Shown: one piece after another, positions 12,601-26,400 of the stretch | Position numbering within the stretch: the first letter of the stretch is position 1 | How the letters are laid out: every line of letters starts with the position of its first letter | NCBI RefSeq assembly: GCF_001194135.2 | Contig: NC_068981.1 | Span: forward strand, 87,626,952 to 87,690,951 | Length of the DNA stretch: 64,000 nucleotides | Source: Octopus bimaculoides | Lineage: Eukaryota | Direction of reading: 5' to 3' | Position numbers and translations under genes: made by a program | The notes under the pieces: generated by a model | What the model saw: only the letters and a program-made list of their open reading frames with translations | Database searches by the model: none | Told to the model about the DNA's origin: nothing

Positions 12601-15600
12601 AATATCTCAGCTAAACTTATAACGAAAGTTGTACACTTCAGTAGAGCCTTCAGCATGATGAATTCATTCAAAACTGAATCTTATTCTCTTTTAGTTCAGG
12701 AAATCACAGGCAGATGTTCTTCAAAGAACAGTTTTTAGAAAATACAAAGGTTAATCTCTAGGTGACTATTAACAACCATTTATTTCCAGTTACAGTTTTT
12801 CCAAAGAAAATTTTAAAGATTTTTGTTCAATACAGAGCCATCAAGATTTTGTTCATACAAGTTAATCCGTTAATTCTAAATATTCCTATCTAGTTTTAAT
12901 GGAACATATCCATCTAGTTGACTCTCTCAGCAGCTCACCTACTGCGAAAGTCAACATATTTGTCTCTAGATAAGACTGTGAGAGCATACTTAATGCCAAA
13001 ATAGAATAAAATACATGGTGAGGGGAAAAAAAAAAAGAAGCAATATCGGTCATCAGGAAGTGGCATGGCTTGTGAACCACAGCAATATTATATGAATGAC
13101 AGGTAAAAAAAGAAACCCTTTATTCTTAATCAAGAGCTAAATGTATGTTAGGGATTTATCTTTTACTTGTTTCAGTCATTTAACTGCAGCCATGCTGGGA
13201 CCACCTTGAAAGGGTTTAGTTGAACAAAACAACCCCAAGACTTATTTTGTTAAGCCTAGTACTTATTTTATTGGTCCCTTTTGCCAAACTGTTAAGTTAT
13301 GGGGAAATAAACATGTCAGCGCCAGTTGTCAAGCAGTGGTGGGGGACAAACATGGACTGATTGCAAGATACCGAGGTTTATGAAGGATATGACAAAGGAC
13401 CAAGATATCTGGTGCCTTGCTGTACTCAAGAAGGTTTGTCTACTACAGCAGAATTGATACCGATGCTGCTACCATATAAAAAGCCCTCATGTTGGTTCTA
13501 CATTAAAAGCACTGGTGCTGGTGTTATATATAAAGCACCCAGTACAGTCTGTGAAAGACACTTGCCCAAGGTGCCATGCTGTGGGACTGAACCTGAAACC
13601 ATGTGGTTGGGAAGCAAGCTTCTTACCACACAACCACTTATAAATATAAATATAAGCCTAATGGGAAGTTGTTAATTTAGACATTACCAGAGACTTCAAC
13701 TTTGTCTAAAATCATAGAATAATCAAACATTTAAGTTAGATTCCACATTCTTTCTTTAGTTTAGATATTTATCACAATCTCAGGAACGGGTTTTAGAATC
13801 TTCTTAAATAACAAATTACTAAAAATTACTGATTTTTACAGTCATGTTTTTCAGGTGATCATAGATGATTATTTACCTCTTGGTCGTAATTCGGAACTAC
13901 TCTGTTCATTTTCTAATAATCGAAGTGAACTATGGGTCTCACTTCTGGAGAAGGCATACATGAAAGTGATGGGTGGCTATGATTTTCCAGGATCAAATTC
14001 GGTAAGATTTATTGAACTTTGTTTCAATGTCTTCAATTATTTTGTATATTGGTTTCAAATTTTGGCACAAGGCCAGCAAATTCAGGGGATGGATGCAAAT
14101 TGATCACATCGATCCCAGTGTTCAACTGGTACTTATTTTATCAAACCCAAAACGATGAAAGGCAAAGTCGACCTTAGTGGAATTTGAAATCAGAACACAA
14201 AGACAGATGAAATGCGACTAAGCATCTTGCCTAGCATACTAACATTTCTGCTAGCTTGCCACCTTAATCATCTTGTATATTAATTAAATTTTTACTGTAA
14301 TGAAACATATCTGTGCACGAGTGCATATATGAATATACACACAAACATGTATATTCTTTTTCAAAGGAAATTGAAAATTCCTACTAGATGGTCATGTTGG
14401 GAGTGTGTAAAGTCATTTGGTATATGTACATGAGATTCTCATTGAAAAGATTATAGTATCTGTAGTGGCGCGAAATTATAGCCACCATTGAGGAAGTACT
14501 ATTCTGCGCATGCGCAAGAGACTTCACCACCGGAAGCCCCTCGAGTTGCGCATGCGTAGTAAAACTAGTACTTAAAGAGTTGTTTCACTTTCTAAGCCAG
14601 TTGAGCGACAGACCTTCTACGTGACAACTCCTCGCTCCTCAACGAAGCACTCTTCACCACGATGCCTTCGATGGTGATAGCTACTTGCTTCTCTGGCAGG
14701 CATCAACGAAGCTCTTAACTTTCCAATACCAACTACAGCCTAATCAGCGGCTGCTAAGCTGAGTGACACAGGATTTATATAACCAAGCATCCTCAAAAAT
14801 AAAACTTATTTTTATTATGTTAAATTGTTCTAATGTCTCTTCATATATAATGCTGTTGAAAGGTGATAGAGAGAGACTAATGTCTCTATTACAACTATCA
14901 AACTTTTACATATCTACAACATATATAACTGCATGCAACTTGTGAAGGTTTCATATCCTTTTTTTTGTCCTTCACCCCCACCCAGCATTGTTGTTGCTGT
15001 CACTGCCACCATCATCATCATTGTCATTATCATTTTTTTTTTTATAATTTTGTCATTAAGTACAGCTATCTGTCTGGAGTTTGTAAATTTCCAAGCTGTA
15101 AGATATTTCATAGTAAGTTTGCATACTTATATTGATAATACCATTTCCTGCAAGCTAGCTGTAGTTTAAAAAAAGAAATTTTTTTAACCCTACTTCATTT
15201 GCAAATGATTTATGTGTATTTATTTTTTCTTCTATAAAACATCACTAGAGTCTGTTCTTAAATAGCTTTTAAGTAGCAATATTTTCACCATGTTTATTTG
15301 GTAAGCAGATACATGAACATACATACACAAAGAGACATTAGTAGCCTGTTTGGAGGTTGAATATGTTCTAATAGTTTTAAGTGTGGAGGCATAATGGCCC
15401 AGTGGTTAGGGCAGCGGACTTGCGGTCATAGGATCGCGGTTTCGATTCCCAGACCGGGCGTTATGAGTGTTTATTGAGTGAAAACACCTAAAGCTCCACG
15501 AGGCTCCGACAGGGGATGGTGGCGAACCCTGCTGTACTCTTTCACCACAACTTTCTCTCACTCTTTCTTCCTGTTTCTGTTGTACCTGTATTTCAGAGGG

Positions 15601-18600
15601 TCAACCTTGTCACACTGTGTCATGCTGAATCTCCCTGAGAACTACGTTAAGGTTATACGTGTCTGTGGAGTGCTCAGCCACTTGCACGTTAATTTCACAA
15701 GCAGGCTGTTCCGTTGATCAGATCAACTGGAACCCTCGACGTCATAAGCGACGGAGTGCCAACAACAACAACAATAGTTTTAAGTAATATCTAGAGGACA
15801 GAGGTGCAGATTTCTGAACCCAAATCACACACAAAGAAATTCTGGCTGGTACATGACACTGACTCTTACACTTTCTTTTCAATGCTTAACTATGCTTAGA
15901 ATGCACCAGTCACTATCCCTGTGTTTTTCACTGTATTTGTCCTGGGACTCATAATATTGCAAATTGAAGAGTATAACATTATCATGATGTAAATGTCCTG
16001 ATGATATTGTAAAAATGATTTTTTTTTTTTGCCATTGCTGCTGCTTTTGATTTATTTTTCTAAAAATTATTTTTCTTCATTTTCATTTTTCAATGCAATA
16101 CAGAATATCGATCTCAATGCACTAACTGGCTGGATTCCAGAGCGTATATCTATTGTATCTACTACCTCGCCATTTGATAAAGATAAAGTATTTAAGCGCA
16201 TTTATGAGCGGTTTCACAAAGGTGACTGTCTAGTTACAATGTCTACTGGTGACATAAGTGAAAGTGAAGCTGAACGTGCTGGTCTTGTTCCTACTCATGC
16301 ATATGCTATGTTAGACATCAAAGAAGTTAAAGTAAGTTTTTACATTTGTCATATTTTTTTTTTAACAATTCTAAGAAAGAATATAATTAATGTCTGAAAA
16401 TGTTTCTCTAGATATTTGATATGTTTTTATAAGTTGTGCAAGTATGAAGACTAAGAACTTGATGAACAAAAATGTTGATATGCATTTTTATATTAAAAGT
16501 AAAGTTATTGTAAATATGCATAGCTTTAATTAGATATGAAGATACATGGCTAAGTGGTTAGAGCATTGGGCTCACAATCATGAGGTAGTGAGTTCAATTC
16601 TCAGACTGAGCTGTGTGTTGTGTTCTTAAGTAAGACACTGTATTTCATGTTACTCCAGTTCACTCAGCTGTAGAAATGAGCTGCATCATCACTGGTGCCA
16701 AGTTGTATTGATTTTTGCCTTTTCCTTGGATAACATTGTGGGCATGAAAAGAGGAAGCTGGTATGCATGAGTGACTGCTGGTCTTCCATAAACAACCTCG
16801 CCCAGCCTTGTGCTTCAGAGGGAACTTTCTAGGAGCAATTCCATGGTCATTAATGACTAAAGGAGGTCTTTACTCTTTTTTTTTTTTACCCTTAATTAGG
16901 TGGAGGTGCAATGGCCCAGTGGTTAGGGCAGCGGTCATAGGATTGCGGTTTCGATTCCCAGACCGGGCGTTGTGAGTGTTTATTGAGCGAAAACACCTAA
17001 AAGCTCCACGAGGCTCCAGCAGGGGATTGTGGCGAACCCTACTGTACTCTTTCACCACAACTTTGTCTCACTCTTACTTCCTGTTTCTGTTGTGCCTGTA
17101 ATTCAAAGGGTCAACCTTGTCACACTGTGTCACGCTGAATATCCCCGAGAACTACGTTAAGGGTACACGTGTCTGTGGAGTGCTCAGCCACTTGCATGTT
17201 AATTTCACGAGCAGGCTGTTCCGTTGATTGAATCAACTGGAACCCTCGACATCATAAGTGACGGAGTGCCAACAACAACCCTTAATTAGATATATTGTTA
17301 ATGTGATATTTACGTTGTTGAGTTTAAGCTTTAACTATATGCTAAAAAACAACACTTATGCAAAATCCATGAACATTATTACAGAAAAATATTATTCTTT
17401 GTTCAAAGGGTCGAAGATTATTCATGTTAAAAAACCCTTGGAATCATCTCAGATGGAAAGGAAGATTTTCTGAGCATGATACTAAACATTGGACTCCAGA
17501 AATGCAAAGTATTTTAAACTATGACCCTAAAAGTGCCCAGAGCTTTGATAATGGTAAGGCGTCTGTTCATTATTAATCTGTGATAGCAAGAAATCATTAT
17601 TATTCAAAATTAGTATGAAAATACAGAAATGTGAATATTGCCAAAATGAAGATGTTAGTTAATAGTTAGGATTAGTGTAACTCAGTATTGTCATGGAAAC
17701 AGCAGGAGGTAGAATGTCCTATATAGTTTGTGAAACCAATGTACAAACCACTTTGTTGAGTCTTAAGTTGACTGGCTTGGAATTCAAGTATACGGTATGA
17801 GCAAATTCATTTAATCATGTAAATAGTCACAGCATTGATTTTAATCCTAGGATTAAAATCAATAGAACCAGCAGAATACAATTTCCTGATCTCATCTGAG
17901 TTTTTAGCTAGGACTAGTTGAAATATGTCTCTCCCTCTCTTAGGTATCAGTCTTATATAGACTTTGCTGAGTGTCACCTCCCAGTTGCAAAATGCTTCCA
18001 CTACTTACAGTGGTGAGCTGTACCTTTCTCCATATGTTTTTTTTTTTAAGACCTGCTAAATTGAACCTTTGAGAATTAAATACCTTTATCCAAAACTATA
18101 TAGCTCTGATAATAGGATGTGAACCATGGATTTTTTTATATCCATTAACCTGGCAGCCCAAAACTCCATCGCCTATGATTCCATGATGTTTCTCTTATTG
18201 TCACTATGCTTGTATAACCCCCTTTGTTATATCACATTCTTGGAAACTCTTATCTTATTCATAGGCCATTCTAATGTTCTATTACATTAACCCTTTAGTA
18301 TTCACATTATTCTGTCAAAAGTAATGCTTATTTATTCACATTGCTTTGAATTAATCATGCATTATCTTGTAGCTTTGAGATTTTTAGAATGATATTGAAG
18401 GGTTGGTGTGAGAGGCCAGATCTGGCTGGTTTGAACATAAAACAGGGAGAATATTTTGGTTGGATATGGCTGGTTTAAATACTAAAGGGTTAAATTACAT
18501 TAAAATCTTTCAGTTAATTCCATATCTATTTCATTCTGTATTTCTATATTGAAATACTTCTCAGAGAATATGTATTATCAACACAGCTGGACGTGGGCCC

Positions 18601-21423
18601 AGGAACAATGGGTGCAGGAGGTGCAAAATCAAAATTTTTGCCCTTAATTTTCTCAGGTTTAAAGTTTAGAAAACAGTGCATAAAAAGTGATCTATAAGAA
18701 GATCGAAGTTAGGTTTTTTTCTCAAAGAACAAAATAAATAAATAAATAAATAAATAAACAATAAGTCTTCGTTAAAAATTTTGTACCTCGGTTTGCACCT
18801 CCTAAGCAAATTTCGTTCCTGAGCCAGTGCAGCTTGAACAAATCCTCTGTCATTGAAACCAAATCATGGTCTAAAAATGAAAGATAAAACTAATATTAAT
18901 TTATGAAATATTTTTACAGGAGTGTTTTGGATAGACTATGAATCTATTTGCCATTTTTATGAAGTAATCCACATTAACTGGAACCCAGAATTATTCAAGC
19001 ATACCACTTGTATACACAGGTTAAGCCAATATTTTTTTTAAAGCTTTCTCTTTATAATTTTGGCCTTCTTTTTCATTTTAACATGAAATAATTTTTATAA
19101 CTTGAGTAAGCATGTTGCTTTGTGTTTCCATTATTAGTTTTGTATTATGATAGTTGCACAGTAAACTTCCACCAACCTAGCACCACTGGGACCAAAGGGT
19201 TGCCAGATGACTGAATTTTCCAGCTATCTGATCATTATTTTTAAAATTACCATAGCACTGTACAAAACTCATTAAAACTACAGTAATCCTTCAACTATCA
19301 TGAGTGTTATATTCCAAACCCCTCCGCGATAGGTGAAAATTCGCGAAATAGAAACAGTACTGTATTTTTCTTTTTATTGTTATGATTTGTATATATTTAT
19401 TTTATTATAAATGCAAAACAACACTACGGAGGAATCGATGTAAGCTTAAATAATAAATTGCGATATGGCAATGGATTACTGTATATATATATGCATCAGT
19501 GTTATTATTTATATTTTGAATCTAGTGAAAATGAGGGAAATAGGAAGAAATAAAAGTATAATTTAAGTAAAGAACAGGTTTTATTAACCTAATAAAATAG
19601 AGGTACTGTGAATGCAGTAAAATATAATACTGTACTGTACTTTGAGAAGCAGTGATCCATTTTAGATACAATGGAAACTACCTTTCTTTTAATGACATTT
19701 AATTAACACAATTAGCACAAATTACCTTGACTCTAATTAATAACACATTTTTATTTTATTTGTTTTCTGAGCACTGGTTACTTGAGAGACCTGGTTATTT
19801 GAGTATCACATAAAAGAGAGTTTACTGTACTAAGTTGCAGTTTTCCTATTTTATGAAATTATTTCTTGTCATTCAATATTTGTATATTATTACTCACATC
19901 ATATTTATCAGCTGTGGAGTAAATATTTTCAATCCATTAATGTGGTATTGCATTCAGGAAAGCTATCAGCAAGGCATACAAAGTTAATTCCCTTTTAAAG
20001 CTTTTGTATTATAATAAAATTTCTTACAAATTCATCTACGTGTCTAATACAACAGTTATACTTAACATGGTTGTTTCATTGTTTTATAAATTCTGTATCG
20101 ATTCAATAACTATAAATTAAAAGTATTTATTGCTTTTTATTCTCTATTATCTCATCTTTTTATTTCATATTCTTCAAAATACTTGGGTAGCATTTGTTAT
20201 TGTTACTGTTGCTTTTGTTGATATTTGATATTATTACTGCTGTCATTTTTATTTATTGGGTCATTTCAGTGCCTGGCAAGCCAGAGAGGGACCAAAGAAA
20301 GACAGCTACAATATTAGTTTCAACCCACAGTATCATCTTGAAGTTAAAAGTACTCAGCCATCTACATTATGGATCCTATTAACTCGGCATATTACAGATA
20401 AGGTCTTCCTCTCTATAAAATATTTTTTCTTTTAAATATTATCATATTTTCAATTGAAACTCAATATATGTTTTATATATAAACACTCTGTATTAAAAAA
20501 TCTAAAATAAATTTAAGGTAGACAGTTTATAAATGCTTTATTGCATGCAGTCTAACTACATTAGATTTATCTTTGATTTTTGCAAACAACGAAAGAAACA
20601 AATGGAAAACAAGACAAGTAACATAAAGAACGACCCTTCATCAGTTGTCAGCTATTTATCTACTCCACATTTCGAGTAATTACGACAAGATGTGTCTTCA
20701 AGAAAACAGTTGCTCCAGCAAAACAAAATGAAATTTAGGATTTGCAGAGTGTCAAAGTTGGTGACAAAAACAGGACAGTGAAAACAAACAGTAAGGGCTG
20801 CTAAGCCATATTGAGGTGAGGTGGCGAACGCTGGAGGAACAAGCTTTGACAAGAGAAAAGATAAGAGAGGAGACAAACAAGAATGCATGTGATCTGTGTG
20901 GCAGATCAAAACGAAAGAAAGAAGCTCAAGTTAGGAAAAGAAAGATGGCTGATGGTTACGTGTGAGCAATGAGAGAATAAAGGAGGAAGAGTAAGAAAGA
21001 GAGAGGGACAGAGAACGGTGAAGGGGAGAGGAAAAGAATTAGAGAGAGGAAACGAAAGGGGAGAGAGAGAACAGTACAGTCACATCAAAATATATACACA
21101 GCAAGCAGAATGGTACATATTTACACAGCAAGTATATATATATATACAATTAAACCTTGGGAGAGGCATTATGCTGGTAATAAACACACGCACTGGTTCA
21201 GTCCTTTTGCAATCTCTTCAGTAACTTGTCTCTCCACTTCCATTTATTTTGAAGAGATTGCAAGAGTGCAATGAAATAATTTAACAAAAAACTATATAAA
21301 TTAATAAAGGACTGAACCAGTGCGTGTGTTTATTACCGGCATAATACATCTCCCAAGGTTTAATTGTATTTCTCTCAACACACGTATCCACATCAAGAAT
21401 CTTGCACACGAAATACACATACG

Positions 21424-21456
<33 letters not shown>

Positions 21457-23447
21457 ATTATATATATATATATATACAAAGTGTGGGGTTTAGCTCACAG
21501 GTGATCTAAACAATTAGGTACACTAGGTAAGTGCTGTAATGGATTATGAGGGCTCCAAGGTTATAGCTGAGATGGTAGTTATGGAACCATTGCAGATTTC
21601 CGTTGCAGTGGAGCCATTGCAGTGGATATTTTATATGAGTGTGTGTGTGTGTGTGCACATGTAAATAAACAAATATGACAATGCATGTATGTGTTTATGT
21701 GAAGTATATAATAAGGTTGGCTTGTTCGCAATTTTACAACTGAAAGGCAGAAATATATACGTCGCTAAAGTGACTGAGGGCACTAGTCAGCACCAGTATT
21801 GCTCGAAATAAGAGTTCTCATGGCTGAGTTGTTTTAACTCTTATTTCTAGCAATACTAGTGCCCTCAGTCACTTTAGTGACACACACACACACACACACA
21901 ACAATGTGTTACCTAGGGTATAGTTTAATGGCAATAGCAGTATTTGAACTTACACTCTTGTCAGTAGGCCAACATTTTTAACTCCACAACAGTTTCCTTT
22001 AGTAAATGCTATAGCTTTACAGTCATTGTGCATCTCGTTTTATCCAAAGTTATTTTTTCTCTTCTTGTTAGGATGACTTTGCAAACAACCGTGAATTTAT
22101 TACACTATTAGTATACAAGAGTGATGGGAAGAGAGTTTTCTATCCATGTAAGTATTATCTATCTATCAAGCTGTATTCTTTTATCTTTCTATTACTTGTA
22201 TTTTCTAATTGTTTCAGTCATTGGGCTGTGGCCATGCTGGAACACTACCTTGTAAGGTTTCTAGTCAAATAAATCAATCCCAGTACTTACTTTTTAAAAA
22301 AAAACTTGGTACTTATTTTATTGGTCACTAAGTTACTGGGGGATGTAAACAAAACAAACACCCGTTATTAAGGGGTGGTGAGATGTACAAACACGCAGAA
22401 ATGCACAAACATAACTTACATATACATACATACATACATACATACATACACACACACATACACACACACATAGATATAGATAGGAGGTACGTATGATCCA
22501 GAGATCCAAGTACAGGAAGTTAGTAAGCTTCAAGCATTTATGCAGTAGTACAGATGACAAAAATTGGACAATATACAATAAAACATGTTTATTAAAACGT
22601 TTCTTCCCATATTGAAATTAAAAGGTATTTCAATAAGCTGACAGTTACCCTATGGCTCATGGTTTTGCAACTAAAGCTGCTAAGAATGCAAATAAAAATC
22701 AAAAAAAGTAAGGAATAGACAAGGTAAAGCATGGGCTAGGACCATTTCATAAACTTATGTAACAAGTATCATTTTGCTATGAAATGGTCATAGTCCATGC
22801 TTTACCTGTGCTATTCTTTTTTTTTTCATTTTTATATTCTTTTATTTTTTAATTTTTTTACTTGTTTCAGTCATTTGACTGCAGTCATGCTGGAACACTG
22901 CCTTTTAACGGTTTTTTAATTGAAGAAATCAACCCCATACTTATTCTATCGGTCTCTTTTGCTGAACTGCTAAGTTACAGGGATGTAAACACACCAACAT
23001 CGGTTGTCAAGTAATGGTCGGGAGGACACAGATACAAAGACACATAAATATATACACACACACACGTCATCATCGTTTAACATCCGCTTTCCATGCTAGC
23101 ATGGGTTGGACGATTTGACTGAAGACTAGTGAACCAGATGGCTACACCAGGCTCCAATCTGATCTGGCAGAGTTTCTACAGCTGGATGCCCTTCCTAACA
23201 CCAACCACTCCGAGAGTGTAGTGGCTGCTTAGATAAGATGCAGTTTTGTTTTGTGCCAGGTAGAAGCACCACTGCTACTATATTCCTGGTAAGGCAACTG
23301 CAGGAGAAATACCTAGCCAAAGATAAACCCCTAGTTGTTATTATTATTATTATTATTCAGGTCACTGCCTGGAATCGAACTTGGAATCTTGGGGTTAGTA
23401 GCCTGCGCTCTTAACCCCAAGATTCCGAGATCAATTCCAGGCAGTGA

Positions 23448-23491
<44 letters not shown>

Positions 23492-26400
23492 TCAAAAAAT
23501 ACCTTAGGAATGAGCACCCAGGTTCGAAATTTCCCGAAGACACCTGATGAAGGCTGGAGGGTATATCAGCCGAAAGGTTGTGTTAACAACAAACAAGATG
23601 AGGACAAATATCCGTCAAATGTAAATAAAATGAAATGTTAAAATTTTCATCAAATACATTTTTCTTGTACAGTTTCATAAGCCCTTCTTATTTTAGTGAT
23701 TAATCATGAGCGGATTAAATATATTTTGTTTTTGCCATTCGTCTTTAAAATTTATATAATTACAAAACTCACAAAGCAAAAATACAGAAATTTTAATGGA
23801 AACTGTGCTTATTCCAGTCCAAATTCCTCTCCTTCTTTAATCTTTTCATTCTCCACATTTTACTGCTTTTTTCTTTTATTTTCAGATGACCCACCACCTT
23901 ATATTGATGGGGTAAGAATCAACAGCCCTCACTATTTATGTAAGCTGAATGAGGAACCTGGAGTTAATTCATACACTTTGATTGTTTCCCAGTATGAAAA
24001 GAATAATTCTATCTATTATACTCTACGTGTGTATTCTAATTCTGAGTTCACTCTCACAAGCATTGTGGACCTCTACAAAAAGGAATATGGCAAAAGAGTA
24101 AGTTCTTGGTATCAACTTTTAAAAAAATTTATATCTTCATCATTCAACATCCATTTTCCATTATGTTGATATTTTAATAATAATATATTATTAGCATGCC
24201 GGGCGAAATGCTTAGCTGTATTTGATCTGTCTTTATGTTCTGAGTTAAAATTCCACTGAGGTCAACTTTGCCTTTCATCCTTTCGAGGTTGATAAATTAA
24301 GTACCAGTTGCATATTGGCGTTGATCTAATTGATTGGCCTCCTCCCACCAAAATTTTGAGCCTTGTGCTTAGAGTAGAAAGGAATATTTTAATAATAATC
24401 AAGATGGCAAGATGGCAAAATCGTTAGCACACCAGACAAAATGCTTAGCAGCATTTCATCCCTCCTTATGTTCTGAGTTCAAATTCTGCCAAGGTTAACT
24501 TTGCTTTTCATTCTTTTGGGGTCGATATAATTGACTTGCCCCCTCCCCAAAGTTGCTGGCCTTGTGCCACAATTTAAAGCTAATATTTTAATAATAACCT
24601 TGAACCAATTTCAGTGGCAATTATACATCTAAAAGAAACCAAACATAATAATCCAATAAAAATGTTATCTTGAATGGAGTGCCAGTTTTAGATGTGTGTG
24701 TGTGTGTGCATACACATAAACACATGACAGGCTTCTTTCAGTTTCCGTCTATCATATCCAATCATAAGGCTATAGTAGAAGACTCTTGCCCAAGGTGCCA
24801 TTGAACTTGGAACCATGTGGTTGGAAACAAGCTTCTTACCACACAGCCATGCCTGTTGAAAATTATTGGTAATACTGTATTTTCTGGCATGCAAGTTGAC
24901 ATGTATAGTGTAAACATGTAGTGTAAACATTCAAATATTGTCACTATCTTTCCAAATCCTGTGCATTTCACATGCAATTCTTGGTTCTCCACAGCTGTCT
25001 TGGTGCATAGGTTGACCTGCTGTTTTGGGGTATAAATTTTGGTCTGAAAAATTTTACTTTGCTGGAAAATACAGTGTCATGCCACTTCACATCAGTTCAG
25101 TAAATGTGGAATTATCTGAATTTACTAGTTTTTGTGCAGTCATGGAAAACAATTGTTAAAAATTTGACTTCTTTTTTTAAATTTCTTGGTTTTGAAGTTT
25201 TACCTTTTTCTTCCTTGACCAGATCACTGGACACTGGAAAGGAATAACTGCTGGAGGTTGTGCTAATTATCCAGAAACGCATAAATATAACCCTATTTAC
25301 CAGATAAATATTGACAATCACTTCAGTGATAATAATATTTTGATTGAGTTGATGGGACCAAAGTAAGTGTTGACACTTATCAAATAAAATAAAATGGATA
25401 AAATTGAGGGCTTTTTAACCCATCTATTATTTATATCTTTATCTTCTTTGAGTTTCACTGTTAAAAATGAATTATTTCACTCTCTTGAAGTTTCCATATT
25501 CTTATGATCTAAACAAGATATTTACATGTTGATTCATACTGAAATTAAATGAGCAACAATTTGGATATGATCTAGTTCTTGCTGGTGGTTATGTAATGAG
25601 CAATGTCAATTGAATGCAGTCCACAGAATATTAAAAATATAGTTCATAGATGAGAATCAGATATTCTCCATATAAAATACACTTAATAGTGCTCAAGAGA
25701 TTTAAACTTGTGAGGGTATAGAAGTAAATGTAGGAATAAGCAAGTTAGATCAATATATAAGGTAAATTAAATACATGAAATTCAAAAAATGTATATATGT
25801 TTACAAACAATAAGATCTGACTTACACAGAATACAAATTATATACAGAATTAAAAGGGTTGAAGAAAAGTATCACAAATCCAACAGCCATTTCTGGGGGC
25901 TTGGTGGTCCAAAATAGTGTTTGTAGATTGATTCCATCATAGGATGAGATGAGCCTCCGTCTTCAGGGAAGAGATCTTACATTTGAGGTTTTAAAGGAAA
26001 GAAGTTCAAAGATTTTGAATGATTTTGTGGAGTGTATTAGAGGTGGGATTTGGAAAGGTTTTCAGATGAAGAATAGTGAAAGGGAAAAATAAATATCAAG
26101 AGTGAAGGGTTAATAGTAGAAAGTTATATTAGAAATAAAGAAATGCTGAAGAAAACTAGTAAAATATGCTTTATAGATTAGTCTTTAGACACATGGAAAA
26201 TAGATTGTGTAGACCAAGCTGACATGTTAAAAGCACCCAGCACACACTGTAAAGTGGTTAGCATTAGGAAATAATTTTTCTATCGTCTTGTCTCAACGGC
26301 CCTCACCATTTGTTTTTACTGTCTTCTTCTCACTGTCCTGTTTTTGTTAACACTTTCATCCTCCACAAACAATCCCAAATTTTATTTAATTTGCTCTGCG

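Noticed and set aside
15383-15460. SINE heads (families A, B, D, E) as tRNA genes
   Set aside because: A/B boxes are present, but they run into family bodies, tails and TSDs without a complete cloverleaf
20640-20680. Permuted hammerhead (GAAA...CTGATGA on the minus strand; homologous site at about 26440-26485)
   Set aside because: Stem I cannot be formed, and the second copy reads CTGGCAA
23331-23547. Mirror-image ORFs on both strands encoding near-identical peptides
   Set aside because: A direct consequence of the DNA palindrome, not coding
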